The translations under genes were made by a program, and so were the position numbers. Below the pieces are notes generated by a model. The model was given only the letters and a program-made list of their open reading frames with translations, had not been told where the DNA came from and did no database searches. Positions 29,379 through 43,833 of a DNA stretch of 64,000 nt are shown in pieces. The stretch spans positions 2,542,001-2,606,000 of the forward strand of contig CM035353.1 in the NCBI GenBank assembly GCA_020137815.1, written 5' to 3'. Numbering within the stretch: position 1 is the first letter of the stretch; each line of letters starts with the position of its first letter. This DNA is from Hormiphora californensis (Eukaryota; Animalia; Ctenophora).

Positions 29379-29438
<60 letters not shown>

Positions 29439-29449
29439 ACTCTTCTCTC

Positions 29450-29533
<84 letters not shown>

Positions 29534-29560
29534 TCTATCACTCTCACTCTATCTCTCTCT

Positions 29561-29717
<157 letters not shown>

Positions 29718-30413
29718 TCTCTCCTGTTTCTCTCTCTCGTTTTCTCTCGTTCTCATTAAAAACCACACACGACGAGACGGATTTCCCCATATCTATATAT
29801 ATTTATAGTCCTCTATGAATTTCCTACTGATTATACTTTTTTCGTAAAACGAGTAATCGTTTGCGGTGCACCTTCGTCACGTGACAGAGAGAGAGAGAGA
29901 TAGAGAGATAGAGAGATAGAGAGATGGGGAGATAGAGAGTATCGTGATCGGGAAGATTTTATGCTCGATAAATGACTTCTAAAATACTACGAACTAGTAG
30001 CCGGGGACCACATTCAGATCATTAATGGTTACCAGTCGACATGGTACTAAGAAGAATCTTTTGAGCATTATTAATGTAAGAGTTGAGTCGCGTTGATCTT
30101 TCAGTGCAGGATCAACGATCGTCAGGGAGTTGATATTTGATAAATAGATCATAGGCCTAGCTAGGTAGCATTATAATCACTAATCAGCTATAATGGTGGT
30201 CTTATATCTGTTATGTTATTATCCATTAAGAAAAACAGAGGGAGAGAAGCAGTACGTGTGAGATACAGATTAGATTGATGATGCGTTATAGATCATCAGT
30301 ACCAGACGCGTGAAGCTTTTAATAGCTAAAAGTCCATTGTTTACGATAAATGTGTTAACGATCGATCTAGCTGACCGTTGTCACTGTGCAATAACATCCT
30401 TATATCCCTCGCT

Positions 30414-30495
<82 letters not shown>

Positions 30496-33400
30496 ATCTC
30501 TCTCTCTCTCTCGCTCTCTCTCCCTCTCTCTCTCGATTGCACTCAGTTCCCATATTTCATTATTATTAGCGCAGAGTTCCACAGAGCAGTAAAATAGTTA
30601 TAATGAGATCTTGTACGAGCTGGAGTCAAGGAGTTCGGTTGATTCAGACTAACTATTCTTACAGTTACACAAAGGGTAGGAGTAGCTGAGCTTAATATTC
30701 CTTTTTTTTGGGTGTGCACATTTTGGTGCTATAATAGAGCTATTATAGGCTCCCCAGGGCTGGCAGAAACTGGGGGGGGGGGAGGTAGACCCCCCCCGCC
30801 TGAAATTCGTACAGGTGGGACTAGGGGGCCCTAAGTTTTTGGCCCGGGGGTAAGAAAACCCTGATTTTTTTCCCCCAAATATTTTAAAAAAATTTTTCCA
30901 AAGCTTTGCTGTGGGCCCACCCGGAATTCGAAAAAGGGAGAACAAAGGGAAATTTGGGCCCTTTAAAATCGAAAATTTTCTCGGGCTCCGCTTTTCGTCG
31001 GCCCGGAAGGGGTATGGAATTTTTTGCTGAAAAAAAGAAAAAAACATTTAGAACACCAAAAATTTTTGGTCGGGCCCTCCGGGAAAAAAAAAATCTTTTT
31101 CCGCCCCGCGGGCCCTCGGCCCCCCCTTTTTCTCTTTTTAAAAAAAAAGGGGGGACCCTCATTTGCTCTTTGGGCTTCAGGGTTGGGAACTGCCTAAGGG
31201 GAGAAGGGGTTTGATGGTTGCCCAAACTTCCAGGAGGGGGATTTTTTTGGAGTCTCAAAAAAAAAAAAACCCAAAACCCCGCCCTAAAATTTTTGGGGGG
31301 AAATTTGATTGGCTTTTTTATTTTGGGACTTTTTATGGATTGGGGAACTGTTTTAGCCCGGCTTTAAATGACCCGGGTCTGCTTTTTTTTGTCTGGCTTT
31401 CGATTTTTTTTTGATCGGGTTTTTTACCTTTTTTCCGAAAAATTTTTGACTTTTTAATTTCTTTTTTGGGCCTTTTTTTTTTGGGGTTTTTAATTTGGCC
31501 CTTTTTTTTCTTGTCCCCCCCCCCCCCCCCCAAAAAATATTTTTTCCCAAAAACCCCCGCCTCCTTTTTTTTTCCCGGTTTTTGGGTTTAAACCCCTTAA
31601 TTTTCCCCCCAAAAACACAAGGGGGGAAAACCACGAAACCCAAGGGGAGGAATTGGGCACAACCAAAGGAAGGAAAAGGGAAGAGAAAAAGAGAGGGAAA
31701 ACAATAAGAGGGGGAAAAGGGAAAAAAAAAGAGAGAGAAAAGACCACGGGAGGAGGGGAGGGAGAGAACCCAGAAAAAGAGGGGGAAAAAACCAAAAAAA
31801 AATTGATAAAACCCTTTCCTTTTTTTTTTTTCCCTTTTTCCCCCTTTTTCCCTTTTCCCCCCCCCCCCCCCCCCCACCCCCCCCCCCCCCCCCCCCCCCC
31901 CCCCAAATCCAGTTTAAAAAGGGTTGCATATTTAAGGGGTTTAATTTAAATAATGAGATAAGCTCACTAGTAGCACGGCTTGCAATCAGGCTAGCTGGGG
32001 GACGTTTTGCGGTCAGCTTTTAAACCACCTAAACCCCAACGGGAAGTATGAAAACGATTGGTTTTGTCCTGACCCCACCCTGGTGGCGAGTCGATATTAT
32101 TATATCGGCTAGTAGCACGATTCAATTTGCTATAGCCCTGCTACACAAATTGTGTGGATCACACCGCATTTCAATTCACTGCATGCGCTCTGTGATACCT
32201 CATACCGATAGCATGGCTCTACGGTATATATTTGCGGGTTTTGTTTCAAAGTTTTAAATTTAAAAAATTATAGGGGCCCCAAATTTTTAAAATCAAAAAG
32301 CTTTTAAAACCGGTTTGGAAAAGTTTCTCTCTTGTCCTGACTAAATCTTCATTTTTCTCTCTCCCCCTTTTTTCCGGGGGGATTTTTTCTTTTGTTTGGG
32401 GGAAAATTTTTATAAAGAACATAAGTTTTGCATGGCATCGACCATTTTATTTGGGGGTCAGTTTGCGGTTCAGGGGGCCAGCAGGAAGTCTATCCTCATT
32501 ACCCCGAATTTTTAGAGTAAAAATCCCTATACGGGAAAACCCCGCCCCAAAATTTGGGGGCCAGCATCTTTTTAAACATCTTTTCCTTTTTTTAAAATTT
32601 TTTATTGGGGAAAGCCCATAATAATACTACGCCGGACAGAAACGATATATTTATATGGGACCCTCTTTGTTTTTTATCCCTCTAAAAAAAAATTGCTCCC
32701 TGGGGGATCCTGGTCCCCTACTGAATCATTCATTACACCTGTCCCAAAGGGAAAATTTACGGTTTCGAAACTTTAATGTTTCAATATATTTTTTTAAAAA
32801 TTTTCGCATTTATAATGTAAAAATGTCCCGGGGGTTTTGGGGGAGAAATTTTAAAATTTTTCTTTTGGGGTTTTGCAATATATTCTATCTGTCATCTTTT
32901 AAAATCGGTCTATCTCCCCAAAGGTCTTTTCTCTTCATTCCTTTTAGCGTTTCCACTTGGTATCTATAGGGGGGCGGTATTTAACAAAAAAAATGCAGGG
33001 GTTTTCTTTGGGGCCGTTTTTAAACCCGATGGGGAATCCGTTCCCTAAGATGGACGTTTTCTTTTTTAAAATTGAACCCCCACCATATCGCTAGGGGTTG
33101 TTGATTTACTCAAAAACCCTTTGGGGTTTTTCACGGGGAAACCCGTTCTTGAAGAAAATTTCCCTTATTTCTAGGGAAAATTTTCCCTTATTCCCTTTTT
33201 TACTAGTCGACATCTCCCATTCTATTCCGAGTCTGCACACCAGTCCGTGCAACTCTCAATTTGTGGAACCCAATGTTGATCATGGTGTTCGGTAAACTGC
33301 ACTCTTCTTGATATAGAGAGGGTCGACACCTCCAGGGTGAAAATGTATTTTAAGTGTGTCCTAAGTAACGTATAAGTTATATGTTTAGCGCTTGCCTGTC

Positions 33401-35261
33401 AGTGGTTATTGAGATTTAGGCATTTTCCTAAATTTCTTAAACCCCCCTTTTTTTTTTCCTTTCTCTTCTCTTTCTCTCCCCCTCTCCCCTTTTGCCCCTC
33501 CTCCCCCTCCCCTCTCCTTTTCTCCCCTCTCCCAAAATCTCCTCTCTTCCCCTCTTCTTCTCTTCTCTTTTTATTTTCTCTCTATCATCTATCCCCTATC
33601 TTTCTTCTCTTGGTGTAGTTAATTTTACCACCGTTTCCCCTTCAAACCCGGCATTTAAAAATAATCATCCTCTAAACCCCCGGTACGCCGGAACTGGGCC
33701 ACGTACCCTGTGTACAGAGAGACCCAAACCTCCCCCTTTGGGAGAAGTTTTTTTGAACTTTTTTGGGCCGACAGAGAGGAGAGAGAGAAGGCCCCAGAGA
33801 GATGGGAAGAGAGAAAGAGAGGTGGAGGAGAAAACCCCCAAAAGGAGAGGAGAGGTTTGGGGTTGAGGGGAACCCTTTGAGAGAGAAAAAGAAAATGCCC
33901 AGAGCGAAATGAGAGAACCGAGGGAGAGGGAGGTTTGAGAGGAATTTAAAAGAGGAAAAGGGTTGGGGAGGAGAAAAAAGAGACGGAAAAGAAAAGGGGG
34001 AAGAGGAGGGGAGGAGAGAGTTTTTTCCCAAAAGAAGGCCCCCGGGGAGATTTAGAGAGAGCACCAGGAAGGAAAAAAGAAGAGGAAAGGAAGAGGAAGG
34101 AGAGAGGGGAAAAAGAGAGAGGAGAGAAGGAGGGGAGGAAAGGAAAACCCCCCCGAAAGACCAGTTTCCCCAATGGTTTGGGGGGGGAAAGGGAAAAAAC
34201 CCCTTGGGGGCCCCCAAAAGAAGGGGAGAAGAGAAAAGAGAGAGTGGGGGGGGGGAGCGGAAGGGAAAGATAAATAAGGTTTTTCCCAAGGTTTTGCAAT
34301 AAAAACAAAAAAAAAAATGGTTTTTGGTGGTTGGTTATTTCCTAATTTTTTTTTTTCAATTTTTTTTTTAACTGTTGGGTTTTTAAAAAACCTTTAAATT
34401 GGGAATTCCCCCTTTAAATTTAATTTAATTTATTTCTAAAACTTTGTTTTAGCTTCCAAACGTTTTTAAGCCTTTCAACTTTTTTCAAAATGATGGAAAG
34501 GTTTGTTTTTTTGACCGTTCTTCTTTCCCCACCTCGGCAGCATCTCTTCCGAAAGGGGAAGTGTTTTTTAATTGGTTTTACATGATATGTGGTGATAGTC
34601 TTTCGTGTTACCCAAAATCCTCGTTTATTTAAAAATTTAAACCGGGGGGTCCCCAAGGGGGGGAAAAAAAAGGGTTTTTCCCCCGGGAAAACGGGGGGGG
34701 GCCGACGTAATTAATTTAAATTAAAAATGAGGGGCCCCCCTTTTAAAAAACTGGGAAACTGACAGCGGAGATTTATGGAGGAGGTTGCCCCTTTTAGGGG
34801 AAGGGGGACCTTTCTTTGGAGGAGGAAAAAAAAAAAGGGTTTAAAAGGGGAAAAATGGAGGTTTAAAAAATTTTAATTTTTTTGGGGAAAAGGGGGGGAA
34901 AAAGGAGGGTTAGAAGATAAAAAATAGATGCATAGATGCATAGATTACGAGATGTATCATGGCGGCACCGATTCTAGCTCAGATCGGGTCGGTGCCGTGA
35001 GATATGGGCATTGGGCACAACTAAAAGTAGATTTGGTTTGAAACTTAGAAATGACATTAAAACTTGACTTATTTGAAAACAACTATAAATGACAAACAAC
35101 AATGACAGACCTTGAGGAGGAGCTAGGTGAGGAAGTTTTAGAAGACATTGACAGTGAAGACAGAAGACGAACATACAAGAGATATAAGAAAGGTATTAAT
35201 ACTTGCAGCTTGCTCTGTCCTGGCCCTGTTTCCCGCGCCCCTATCGTTGTTTCGGCCCTAA

Positions 35262-35461
35262 GGCGGAAAACAGCCGTACTGAACTGAACTCCAGTACGCC
35301 GACTACTTACTGAAGGAAAACTGATTCAGTTATTTTCAGTGAACAGCCGTACTGTACTCGAAACTCGAGTGTTTATATCGCTGTTTTCTCCATCTTACAA
35401 TTCCTACAATCAAACATCCAAACCTTAGCAGCACGCAAGCACGCCCTCTTTTTATCTCTGA

Positions 35462-35497
<36 letters not shown>

Positions 35498-35568
35498 ATC
35501 ATTTTAACAATCCCGATATCCTTACTAACCTACCTTATCTACAGCACATTCTTTCTCTCGACTGTCTC

Positions 35569-35660
<92 letters not shown>

Positions 35661-35945
35661 CCTCTCTCTCTCTTTCTCCCTTACTATCTCAGTATCTCTC
35701 ACTCTCGCGTTTGCAACATTGTTATCAATCACCTGTTAAAACTGGAAGAACTCCAGTAAGTACTCGAGTACTCCAGTACACCAGATCTCTCAGTTCTCAA
35801 ATTTGTGAACTGAGAGAACTCGTCCAGCGCGCGATGGTTTCGAGGTCAGTTCAGTAAATAGCCGTACTGGTGCGCGAACTCCAGTGTTTTTCTCAGTAAG
35901 TAGCCGTCGAACTGGAGTTCAGTTCAGTACGGCTGTTTTCCGCCT
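35262..35945. mobile_element. PIF/Harbinger-type MITE
   Basis: TIRs GGCGGAAAACAGCCGTACTGAACTGAACTCCAGT and ACTGGAGTTCAGTTCAGTACGGCTGTTTTCCGCC, flanked by TAA/TA. Confidence 0.7.
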
Positions 35946-36982
35946 ATCGTCTTGTTTCGACCTTATATTAGGTCTAACTCACAAAGTAAAACAGCGGATG
36001 TTTTCAACCAGGAAACAACCAATTTTTCTCAATTTTTTTTCAACTGACCCGAACTTTTATCAAAAAACACTATATTAAAATATGTACTATTATATGCAGT
36101 TACACACTAATAACTTGTGCCTTTTTAGGTAACCGAGTCTGGTACGGCCAATAAGGGTCTGAGAAGATTAACTGAATGGAAATAAGAGAAAGAAATACTA
36201 TTTCAATACTATTTCAAAGAGACTGACGAAAACGAGGAAAAGGGAGAGGAAGAGGGAGCTAGAGAGAAATGTCCCTGTTTTGTGTGTCGGTGTTTGTGTG
36301 TTGATTAACTGGTTGATAAAACTAATAAATAAACTACAAATTACCGATACAGATGCGGGCCTGTGCGTTTTCTCTATCTCTCTTTATGATCTCCCACTCC
36401 CAGTTACATCCCTAGACTTTTTAGTGTTTTTAACAATCCCTATTATAACCGTACCAATATATATAATTATGTTATAACCCAATTCATTTGCAGCTATAAG
36501 TGAAACACAGCCTTGTGTAATAACTGATCTAGCGGGCAATTTATCTTCGAGATTGAATGCCAAAGATTTTTATCTGAAAATTAAAAGCTAAGCGGTTTTT
36601 TTTCTGAGTGACTGTGATTGATTGAGTGAGTGTGAGAGAAAAATACTCTTTTTTTTGTCTAAGACAATGTCTTACTCTTATAAAGTCTTTTCCCTACAAG
36701 TGTGGAGTCTGGTGGTAGTATTGTAAGAGAGATTTACATAGAAATCTGAACAATATGTTCCGATACTTGGTGCTGTACGTGTATACTAGGCAATATAACA
36801 GGAACCGACCGAAACAAGTAAACTACCAATCAGAACTTGGTATTTAGGTCACGTGACTGGTCATCAGCCAATCAGGGACCAGTATTTCCTGATTCGGTCG
36901 GTTCCTGCAATATAATATTTAATGCTAGTTTTATCCACCTTTTTACTTCAAAATTAACTGTGTTTTCATTTGAACCATCTAA

Positions 36983-37241
36983 GGGGCGATTCAAAAAGGA
37001 CGTCCATGATTTTGGTCATTTTTTACCCCCTCCCCCTCCTGTCCAGGCCTGTCCGAATCTGCCAGACCCCCTCCCTCCCCATGTCCGAGTTTCATCCAAC
37101 CATATCTAGTAAAATCAGTAAAAATTTTCTTCAAAACCTGGGACAGTCCGAATTGCATCAACCCCCCTCCCCCTTGTCCAGAGATGTCTGAAATCGGCTA
37201 CCCCCCTCCCCTACCCCTCGACGTCCTTTTTGAATCGCCCT
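36983..37241. mobile_element. Tourist/Harbinger MITE
   Basis: TIRs GGGGCGATTCAAAAAGGACGTC and GACGTCCTTTTTGAATCGCCC, with TAA on both sides. Confidence 0.75.
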
Positions 37242-37274
37242 TAAGGTATCCACCCCTAATAAGACCCCACTATT

Positions 37275-38112
37275 ATAGACATCCTTCAGACCCAACTAGA
37301 CATCTTTTTGACACCACTAGACATCCTTCTGACCCCACTAGATCTAGACATCCGTATGACCCCACTAGACATCCTTTTGAGCCAATTAGACATCCTTTTG
37401 GCCCCACTAGACATCCTTCTGACCCCACTAGACATCCTTTTGACCCCACTAGACATCCTTCTGACCCCACTAGACATCCTTCTGACCCCACTAGACATCC
37501 TTTTGGCCCCACTAGACATCCTTTTGGCCCCCTAGACATCCTTCTGATCCCACTAGACATCGTTTTGGCCCCACTAGACATCCTTTTGACCTTTTGGCCC
37601 CACTAGACATCCTTCTGACCCCACTAGACATCATTCTGATCCCACTAGACATCCTTTTGGCCCCACTAGACATCCTTTTGACCCCACTAGACATCCTTCT
37701 GGCCCCACTAGATCTAGACATCCTTCTGGCCCCACTAGACATGTCCTTTAGACCTCACTAGATCTAGACATCCTTTTGACCCCACTAGATATCCTTCTGA
37801 CCCCACTAGACTGAGACATCCTTTTGGCCCCACTAAACATCCTTTTGGCCCCACTAGACATCCTTCTGACCCCACTAGACTGAGACATCCTTTTGGCCCC
37901 ACTAAACATCCTTTTGGCCCCACTAGACATCCTTCTGACCCAACTACACATCCTTTTGGCCACACTAGACATCCTTTTGACCCCACTAGACATCCTTTTG
38001 ACCCAACTAGACATCCTTTTGGCCACACTAGACATCCTTTTGACCCCACTAGACATCCTTTTGACCCCACTAGACATCCTTTTGGCCCCAATCGACATCC
38101 TTTAGACCTCAC
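37275..38112. repeat. 21-bp minisatellite (TTyTGrCCCCACTAGACATCC), about 38 copies
   Basis: Directly visible. It explains the RHPSDPT/GCLVGSE repeat ORFs. Confidence 0.9.
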
Positions 38113-38344
38113 TTTGTGCACAAAGTGAGATATTTCAAAATGCATAGGACATTTTCGGTAATATAGTTTTAACCCTTTGAGGACGATAACGAACGGCTGA
38201 TCAGAATTTAATTCTTTCAATTTTTGTAAATCAGCTCCTATTGGTATCAATAGTATCGGTGCAAAAGGATTTAAGAACCCGTCAAACGGTTTTTGTGTTA
38301 GTGCATGGGTCATATATGACCCTATTGTCAAAAGGGGTACTATA

Positions 38345-40060
38345 CTATCCGTATCTCCATCGTATCTCCATCCGTATCTCCATCTCCATCTCCTATCTCC
38401 ATCTCCATCGCCAGCTGCCAGCTCCTCTCCAGCGCCAGCGCCAGCGCAGCGCCAGCCAGACCAGCGCCAGCGCCAGGCGCCAGCGCCACGCCCAGGCCAG
38501 CCCAGCGCCAGGGCCAGCGCAGCGCCAGCGCCAGCGGCCAGAGCGCCATCGCCAGCGCCAGGGACAGCGCCAGCTCCAGCGCCAGAGTCCAGCGCCAGCG
38601 CCAGAGCCAGCGCCAGCGCCATGCGCCAGCGCCAGCGCCAGCGCCACGCAGCGCCAGCGCCAGCGCCAGCGCCAGCGCCAGCGCCAGCGCCAGGCGCCAG
38701 CGCCAGCGCCAGCGCCAGGCGCCAGCGCCAGCGCCAGCGCCAGCGCCAGCGCCAGCGCCAGCGCCAGCGCCAGCGCCAGCGCCCAGCGCCCAGCGCCGAG
38801 CCAGCGCAGCGCCAGCGCCAGCGCCAGCGCCAGCGCCAGCGCCAGCGCCAGCCAGCGCCAGCGCAGCGCCAGTCTCCATCGCCAGCGCCAGCGCAGGCAA
38901 GCGCAGCGCCAGCGCAGCTCCAGGCGCCAGCGGCCAGCGCCAGCGCCAGCGCCATAGAGAGCGCGAGCGCCAGTAGCCCTGGGCCGCGCCTGCGCAGCTC
39001 CCAGCGCCATCTCCAGAGCAGCTCCCTCTCCAGCGCCACTCCATACTCCAGCGCAGCTCCAGCGCCATTCCATCGTCCATCGCCATCCGACATAGCCAGC
39101 TCCAGCTCCATCGCCATCTCCATCTCCCTCTCCAATCTACATCTCCATCTCCTTCTCCATCTACATCTAATCCTACATCCTGCTGGAACAGAATCGTTCA
39201 ATATCCTGCAATATAACCGCGATTTAGCACTCATACTGTTCAATAATTGATTGAATATTGAGGTTCTTGCGCGATTTATTGTTCAATTTTACCTCGATAT
39301 ACCTCAAAAAAACCACGATTGCTGTATTGTTCAATAATTGAGGTTCCGAGCGATGTAGGGGGCACGGGCCAGCGTCCAGCGCCGCGCAGGCCAGCGCAGC
39401 GCCAGCTGCCAGCGACAAGCGCAGCGCCAGCGCCAGCCGCCAGAGCAGCGCCAGCGCAAGCGCCAGCGCCAGCCCAGCCCAGCGGCCAGCGACAGCGCCA
39501 GCGCCAGCGCCAGAGCCAAGGCGCCAGCGCCAGCGCCAGCGCAAGCGCCAAGCTCCGAGCCAGCGCCGCGCCAGCGCCAGCGCCGGCGCCAGCGCCGGGG
39601 CACGGCCAGCGCCAGGCCAGAGCCGGGGCCAAGGTCCCAGAGCCAGCGCCAGCGCCAGCGCCAAGCGCTCAGCGCCGCGACAGCGCCAGCGCCAGGCCAG
39701 CGCCGCGCATAGCCAGCGCCAGCGCCAGGCGCCAGCGCGCTCCCAGCTCAGCGCCAGCGCCAGCGCCAGCCGCCAGCGCCAGCGCTCAGCGCCAGCGCCA
39801 GCGCCAGCGCCAGCTCCCGCGCCAGCGCAAGCCCATCCAGCGCCATCGCCAGCGCCAGCGCCAGGCCGCCATCCGCCTAGCGCCAGCCAGCGACAGCGAC
39901 AGTCGACATCTACATCTACATCTACATCTACATCTACATCTACATCTCCATCTACATCTCCATCTCCATCTCCATCTCCATCTCCATCTCCATCTCCATC
40001 TACATCTACATCTACATTTACATCTACGTCTACATCTCCATATCCGTCTCCACTATCTAC
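38345..40060. repeat. Two hexamer tracts, (CCATCT)n grading into noisy (CCAGCG)n, separated by a ~170-bp spacer with TGTTCAATAATTGA repeats
   Basis: Tracts at 38345-39175 and 39360-40060. The equivalent block in unit 2 is 42437-43700. Confidence 0.85.
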
Positions 40061-40194
40061 ACCTTAAGTGATGATCTATACCAGTACTACTTGGTCGCCA
40101 AGTTGGTATGCTATCCCCCTCCAAACGGAAAACAATTAAACAGCTAAGTTAACTCAAATTCGCTGATAAAATTCACAATTTCACAATATGAAAT

Positions 40195-40491
40195 TTAGAA
40201 GGGACGGCAAGAGGAGATAACGTCGTTCCAGCCACCGGGCATGCCGGGCCTGCGGGAACCCTGGGGCATTCTCAGGCGTCGGCCTCTGAAATGACCATGC
40301 TCAAAGCAATCCCAGTTACCGCGATGTGCGTGCCAACTGGAAGCCTTATCGTTGAATCCTCCAACCCATGGCTGAGGTCCATGGATGTTGTGGCGGCCAC
40401 CTCTGAAGTGTTCGTGCTCGAAGAGGGCCAGATGGGGGCGGGCAGTGGCCATGGCCACGAGGGCGATCAGGGCAACAAGGAATACCTTCAT
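40195..40491 (-). CDS. Secreted single-domain beta/gamma-crystallin-fold protein, copy 1 (98 aa)
   Basis: Hydrophobic signal peptide MKVFLVALIALVAMATA. Two Greek-key signatures FEHEHFRG and FEHGHFRG, the GxW motif, and two N/D-D-x-x-S-S Ca2+-type motifs (FNDKASS, WNDVISS). The CDS has no intron. Confidence 0.88.
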   Translation of the reverse strand: MKVFLVALIALVAMATARPHLALFEHEHFRGGRHNIHGPQPWVGGFNDKASSWHAHRGNWDCFEHGHFRGRRLRMPQGSRRPGMPGGWNDVISSCRPF

Positions 40492-40660
40492 TCTGGGATC
40501 TATAGTATTATGTTATGAGTTATGTACATACATATTGGGTAACACAAATTGGGTAACACAAATTGGGTTACACTGAATTGAATGAGGTCAAGACATTGCA
40601 GAACAACAAATACCAGACTAGATCGTCACTAAACAAAGTCAGCTGTTGACCTAAGTAAAA

Positions 40661-42236
40661 GTTGCATAGATTTATACTGCATCCTCCCACCCCCAAATAA
40701 TAAATAATAATAAACCCCCAAACCCGGATGTTCCAGTTGAGCGTAGTGGACAAGTTAACGTGTAAAAGTCTCACTACAAGCACGGTGCTGCTGCTGTTGT
40801 ATATTGTTGAGTAACAACAAGTTGTATATAGATGAAAAGAGATGGAGATTCAGATAGAGAGATACAGAGACTCTATGTATTGCCTGCGTTACGCAGTTAC
40901 GCAGGTTACCGTCGCGTAGCTACCTGCTACGGTAGCAGGCAAGCCCCGTTGTGTGAGGGGATCGCCCTTCGGGCGCGCGAACATGAGCGGCGCGACGTGC
41001 CCAACTCTATGTATCTCTCTATCTGAATCTCCATATCTTTTCATCTCTCTGAGAGAGAGAAAGGAGCTAGCAAATAAAGAAATGGTATCTTGGGCATGGC
41101 AAAGAGATAAATCAAGTAATATGTTGATACTTGATTTATATCTAAGCTAAGCTCAACAAACCAAGCTACAAAAGAGGGTAGAATAACATACCACCGCCGG
41201 AACGTTTCGGGACACATTGAGGACAGGTTCGGGACACATTCTGATTCAGGACACATTCAGGACACATTCTGATTCAGGACATATTCGGGACACATTCTGA
41301 TTGAAGACATATTCGGGACAAATTCTGATTCACACACTGTGGACACATTCAGAACATATTCAGGACACACTGTGGACACATTCAGGACATATTCGGGACA
41401 CACTGTGGACACATTTAGGACATATTCGGGACACACTGCAGTGTGTCCCGAATATGTCCTGTATGTGTTCACAGTGTGTCCTGAATATGTCCTGAATGTG
41501 TCCACAGTGTGTCCCGAATATGTCCTAAATGTGTCCACAGTGTGTCCCGAATATGTCCTGAATGTGTCCACAGTGTGTCCTGAATATGTTCTGAATGTGT
41601 CCACAGTGTGTGAATCAGAATTTGTCCCGAATATGTCTTCAATCAGAATGTGTCCCGAATATGTCCTGAATCAGAATGTGTCCTGAATGTGTCCTGAATC
41701 AGAATGTGTCCCGAACCTGTCCTCAATGTGTCCCGAAACGTTCCGGCGGTGGTATGTTATTCTACCCTCTTTTGTAGCTTGGTTTGTTGAGCTTAGCTTA
41801 GATATAAATCAAGTATCAACATATTACTTGATTTATCTCTTTGCCATGCCCAAGATACCATTTCTTTATTTGCTAGCTCCTTTCTCTCTCTCAGAGAGAT
41901 GAAAAGATATGGAGATTCAGATAGAGAGATACATAGAGTTGGGCACGTCGCGCCGCTCATGTTCGCGCGCCCGAAGGGCGATCCCCTCACACAACGGGGC
42001 TTGCCTGCTACCGTAGCAGGTAGCTACGCGACGGTAACCTGCGTAACTGCGTAACGCAGGCAATACATAGAGTCTCTGTATCTCTCTATCTGAATCTCCA
42101 TCTCTTGTCATCTATAATATACAACAGCAGCAGCACCGTGCTTGTAGTGAGACTTTTACACGTTAACTTGTCCACTACGCTCAACTGGAACATCCGGGTT
42201 TGGGGTGGGGGGAGCTGCGGTATAAATCTATGCAAC
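40661..42236. repeat. ~1.6-kb spacer-less palindrome, centre ACACTG|CAGTGT at 41438/41439, with inverted 33-bp satellite at the core
   Basis: Mirror-image ORF pairs in the track (40953-41150/41793-41990 and 41041-41256/41687-41902). The arms are nearly identical apart from small indels and satellite copy number. Confidence 0.92.
40670..40676 (-). promoter_or_regulatory. Putative TATA box (TATAAAT) of crystallin copy 1; probable 5'UTR intron ~40613-40501
   Basis: TATAAAT lies ~180 bp upstream of the ATG. GT donor-like TG|GTATTT and acceptor CTATAG|ATCCCAGAATG are present. The same TATA occurs at 44309-44315 for copy 2. Confidence 0.5.
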
Positions 42237-43833
42237 ACATTCAGGACATATTCGGGACACACTGTGGACACATTCAGGACATATTCAGGACACATGCTGT
42301 GGACACATTCAGGACATATTCGGGACACACTGTGGACACATTGAGGACATATTCGGGACACACTGTGGACACATTTAGGACACTAGCGCACCCACCGGGT
42401 GCGCCTCAAGTAAGGGCTGTTGACAACCCACCCGGCTCTATCTCTATCTCCATCTCCATCTCCATCTCCATCTCCATCTCCATCTCCATCTCCATCTCCA
42501 TCTCCATCTCCATCTCCATCTCCATCTCCATCTCCATCTCCATCTCCATCTCCATCTCCATCTCCATCTCCATCTCCATCTCCATCTCCATCTCCATCTC
42601 CATCTCCATCTCCATCTCCATCTCCATCTCCATCTCCATCTCCATCTCCATCTCCATCTCCATCTCCATCTCCATCTCCATCTCCATCTCCATCTCCATC
42701 TCCATCTACATCTCCATCTCCATCTCCATCTACATCTACATCTACATCCCTGCTGGAACAGAATCGTTCAATATCCTCAATATAACCGCGATTTAGCACT
42801 CATACTGTTCAATAATTGATTGAATATTGAGGTTCTTGCGCGATTTATTGTTCAATTTTACCTCGATATACCTCAAAAAAACCACGATTGCTGTATTGTT
42901 CAATAATTGAGGTTTCCGAGCGATTTATTGTTCAACTATTCCATCTCCATCTCCATCTCCATCTCCATCGCCAGCCATCCCAGCGCCAGCGCCAGCGCCA
43001 GCGCCAGCGCCAGCGCCAGCGCCAGCGCCAGGCCAGCGCCAGCGCCAGCGCCAGCGCCAGCGCCAGCGCCAGCGCCAGCGCCAGCGCCAGCGCCAGCGCC
43101 AGCGCCAGCGCCAGCGCCAGCGCCAGCCAGGCAGCGCCAGCGCCAGCGCCAGCCCGGGGCCAAGGGCAAGCGCAGCGCCAGCGCCGGGGCCAAGCCAGGC
43201 CAGCCCAGCGCCAGCGCCAGCGCCAGCCCAGCGCCAGCGCAAGGCCAGGCGCCAGCCCCGCCAGCGCCAGACCAGCGCCAGCGCCACGCAGCGCAAGCGC
43301 CAAGCGCCAGCGCGCAGCCAGCCCAGCCCAGCGCCAGCAGCCAGCGCCAGCGCCACGCAGCGCCAGCGCCAGCGCCAGCGCCATCGCCATCGACAAGAAA
43401 CGCCAGCGCCACCGCGCCCGTCGCCAAAAGTCTCCAGCTCCAGCGCCATCGCCAGGCTCCAGCTCCAGCGCCAGCTCCAGCGGCCATGCCAGCGCCCATC
43501 TCCACGCCAGCGCCAGCGCCAGCCGCCAGCGCCAGATACATCTACATCTTGAACATCGACAGCGACAGCGACATCGAATCACATCTCCATCTACATCTCC
43601 ATCTCCATCTCCATCTCCATCTCCATCTCCATCTCCATCTACATCTACATCTACATTTACATCTACGTCTACATCTCCATATCCGTCTCCACTATCTACA
43701 CCTTAAGTGATGATCTATACCAGTACTACTTGGTCGCCAAGTTGGTATGCTATCCCCCTCCAAACGGAAAACAATTAAACAGCTAAGTTAACTCAAATTC
43801 GCTGATAAAATTCACAATTTCACAATATGAAAT

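Noticed and set aside
30649-34656. Lys/Phe/Gly/Pro-rich ORFs
   Set aside because: They arise from homopolymer-rich low-quality sequence.
37735-40071. Long Ala/Pro/Arg/Trp-rich ORFs (up to 502 aa), also at 42200-43710
   Set aside because: Translations of 21-bp and hexamer repeats, open in several frames, in sequence that is probably noisy.
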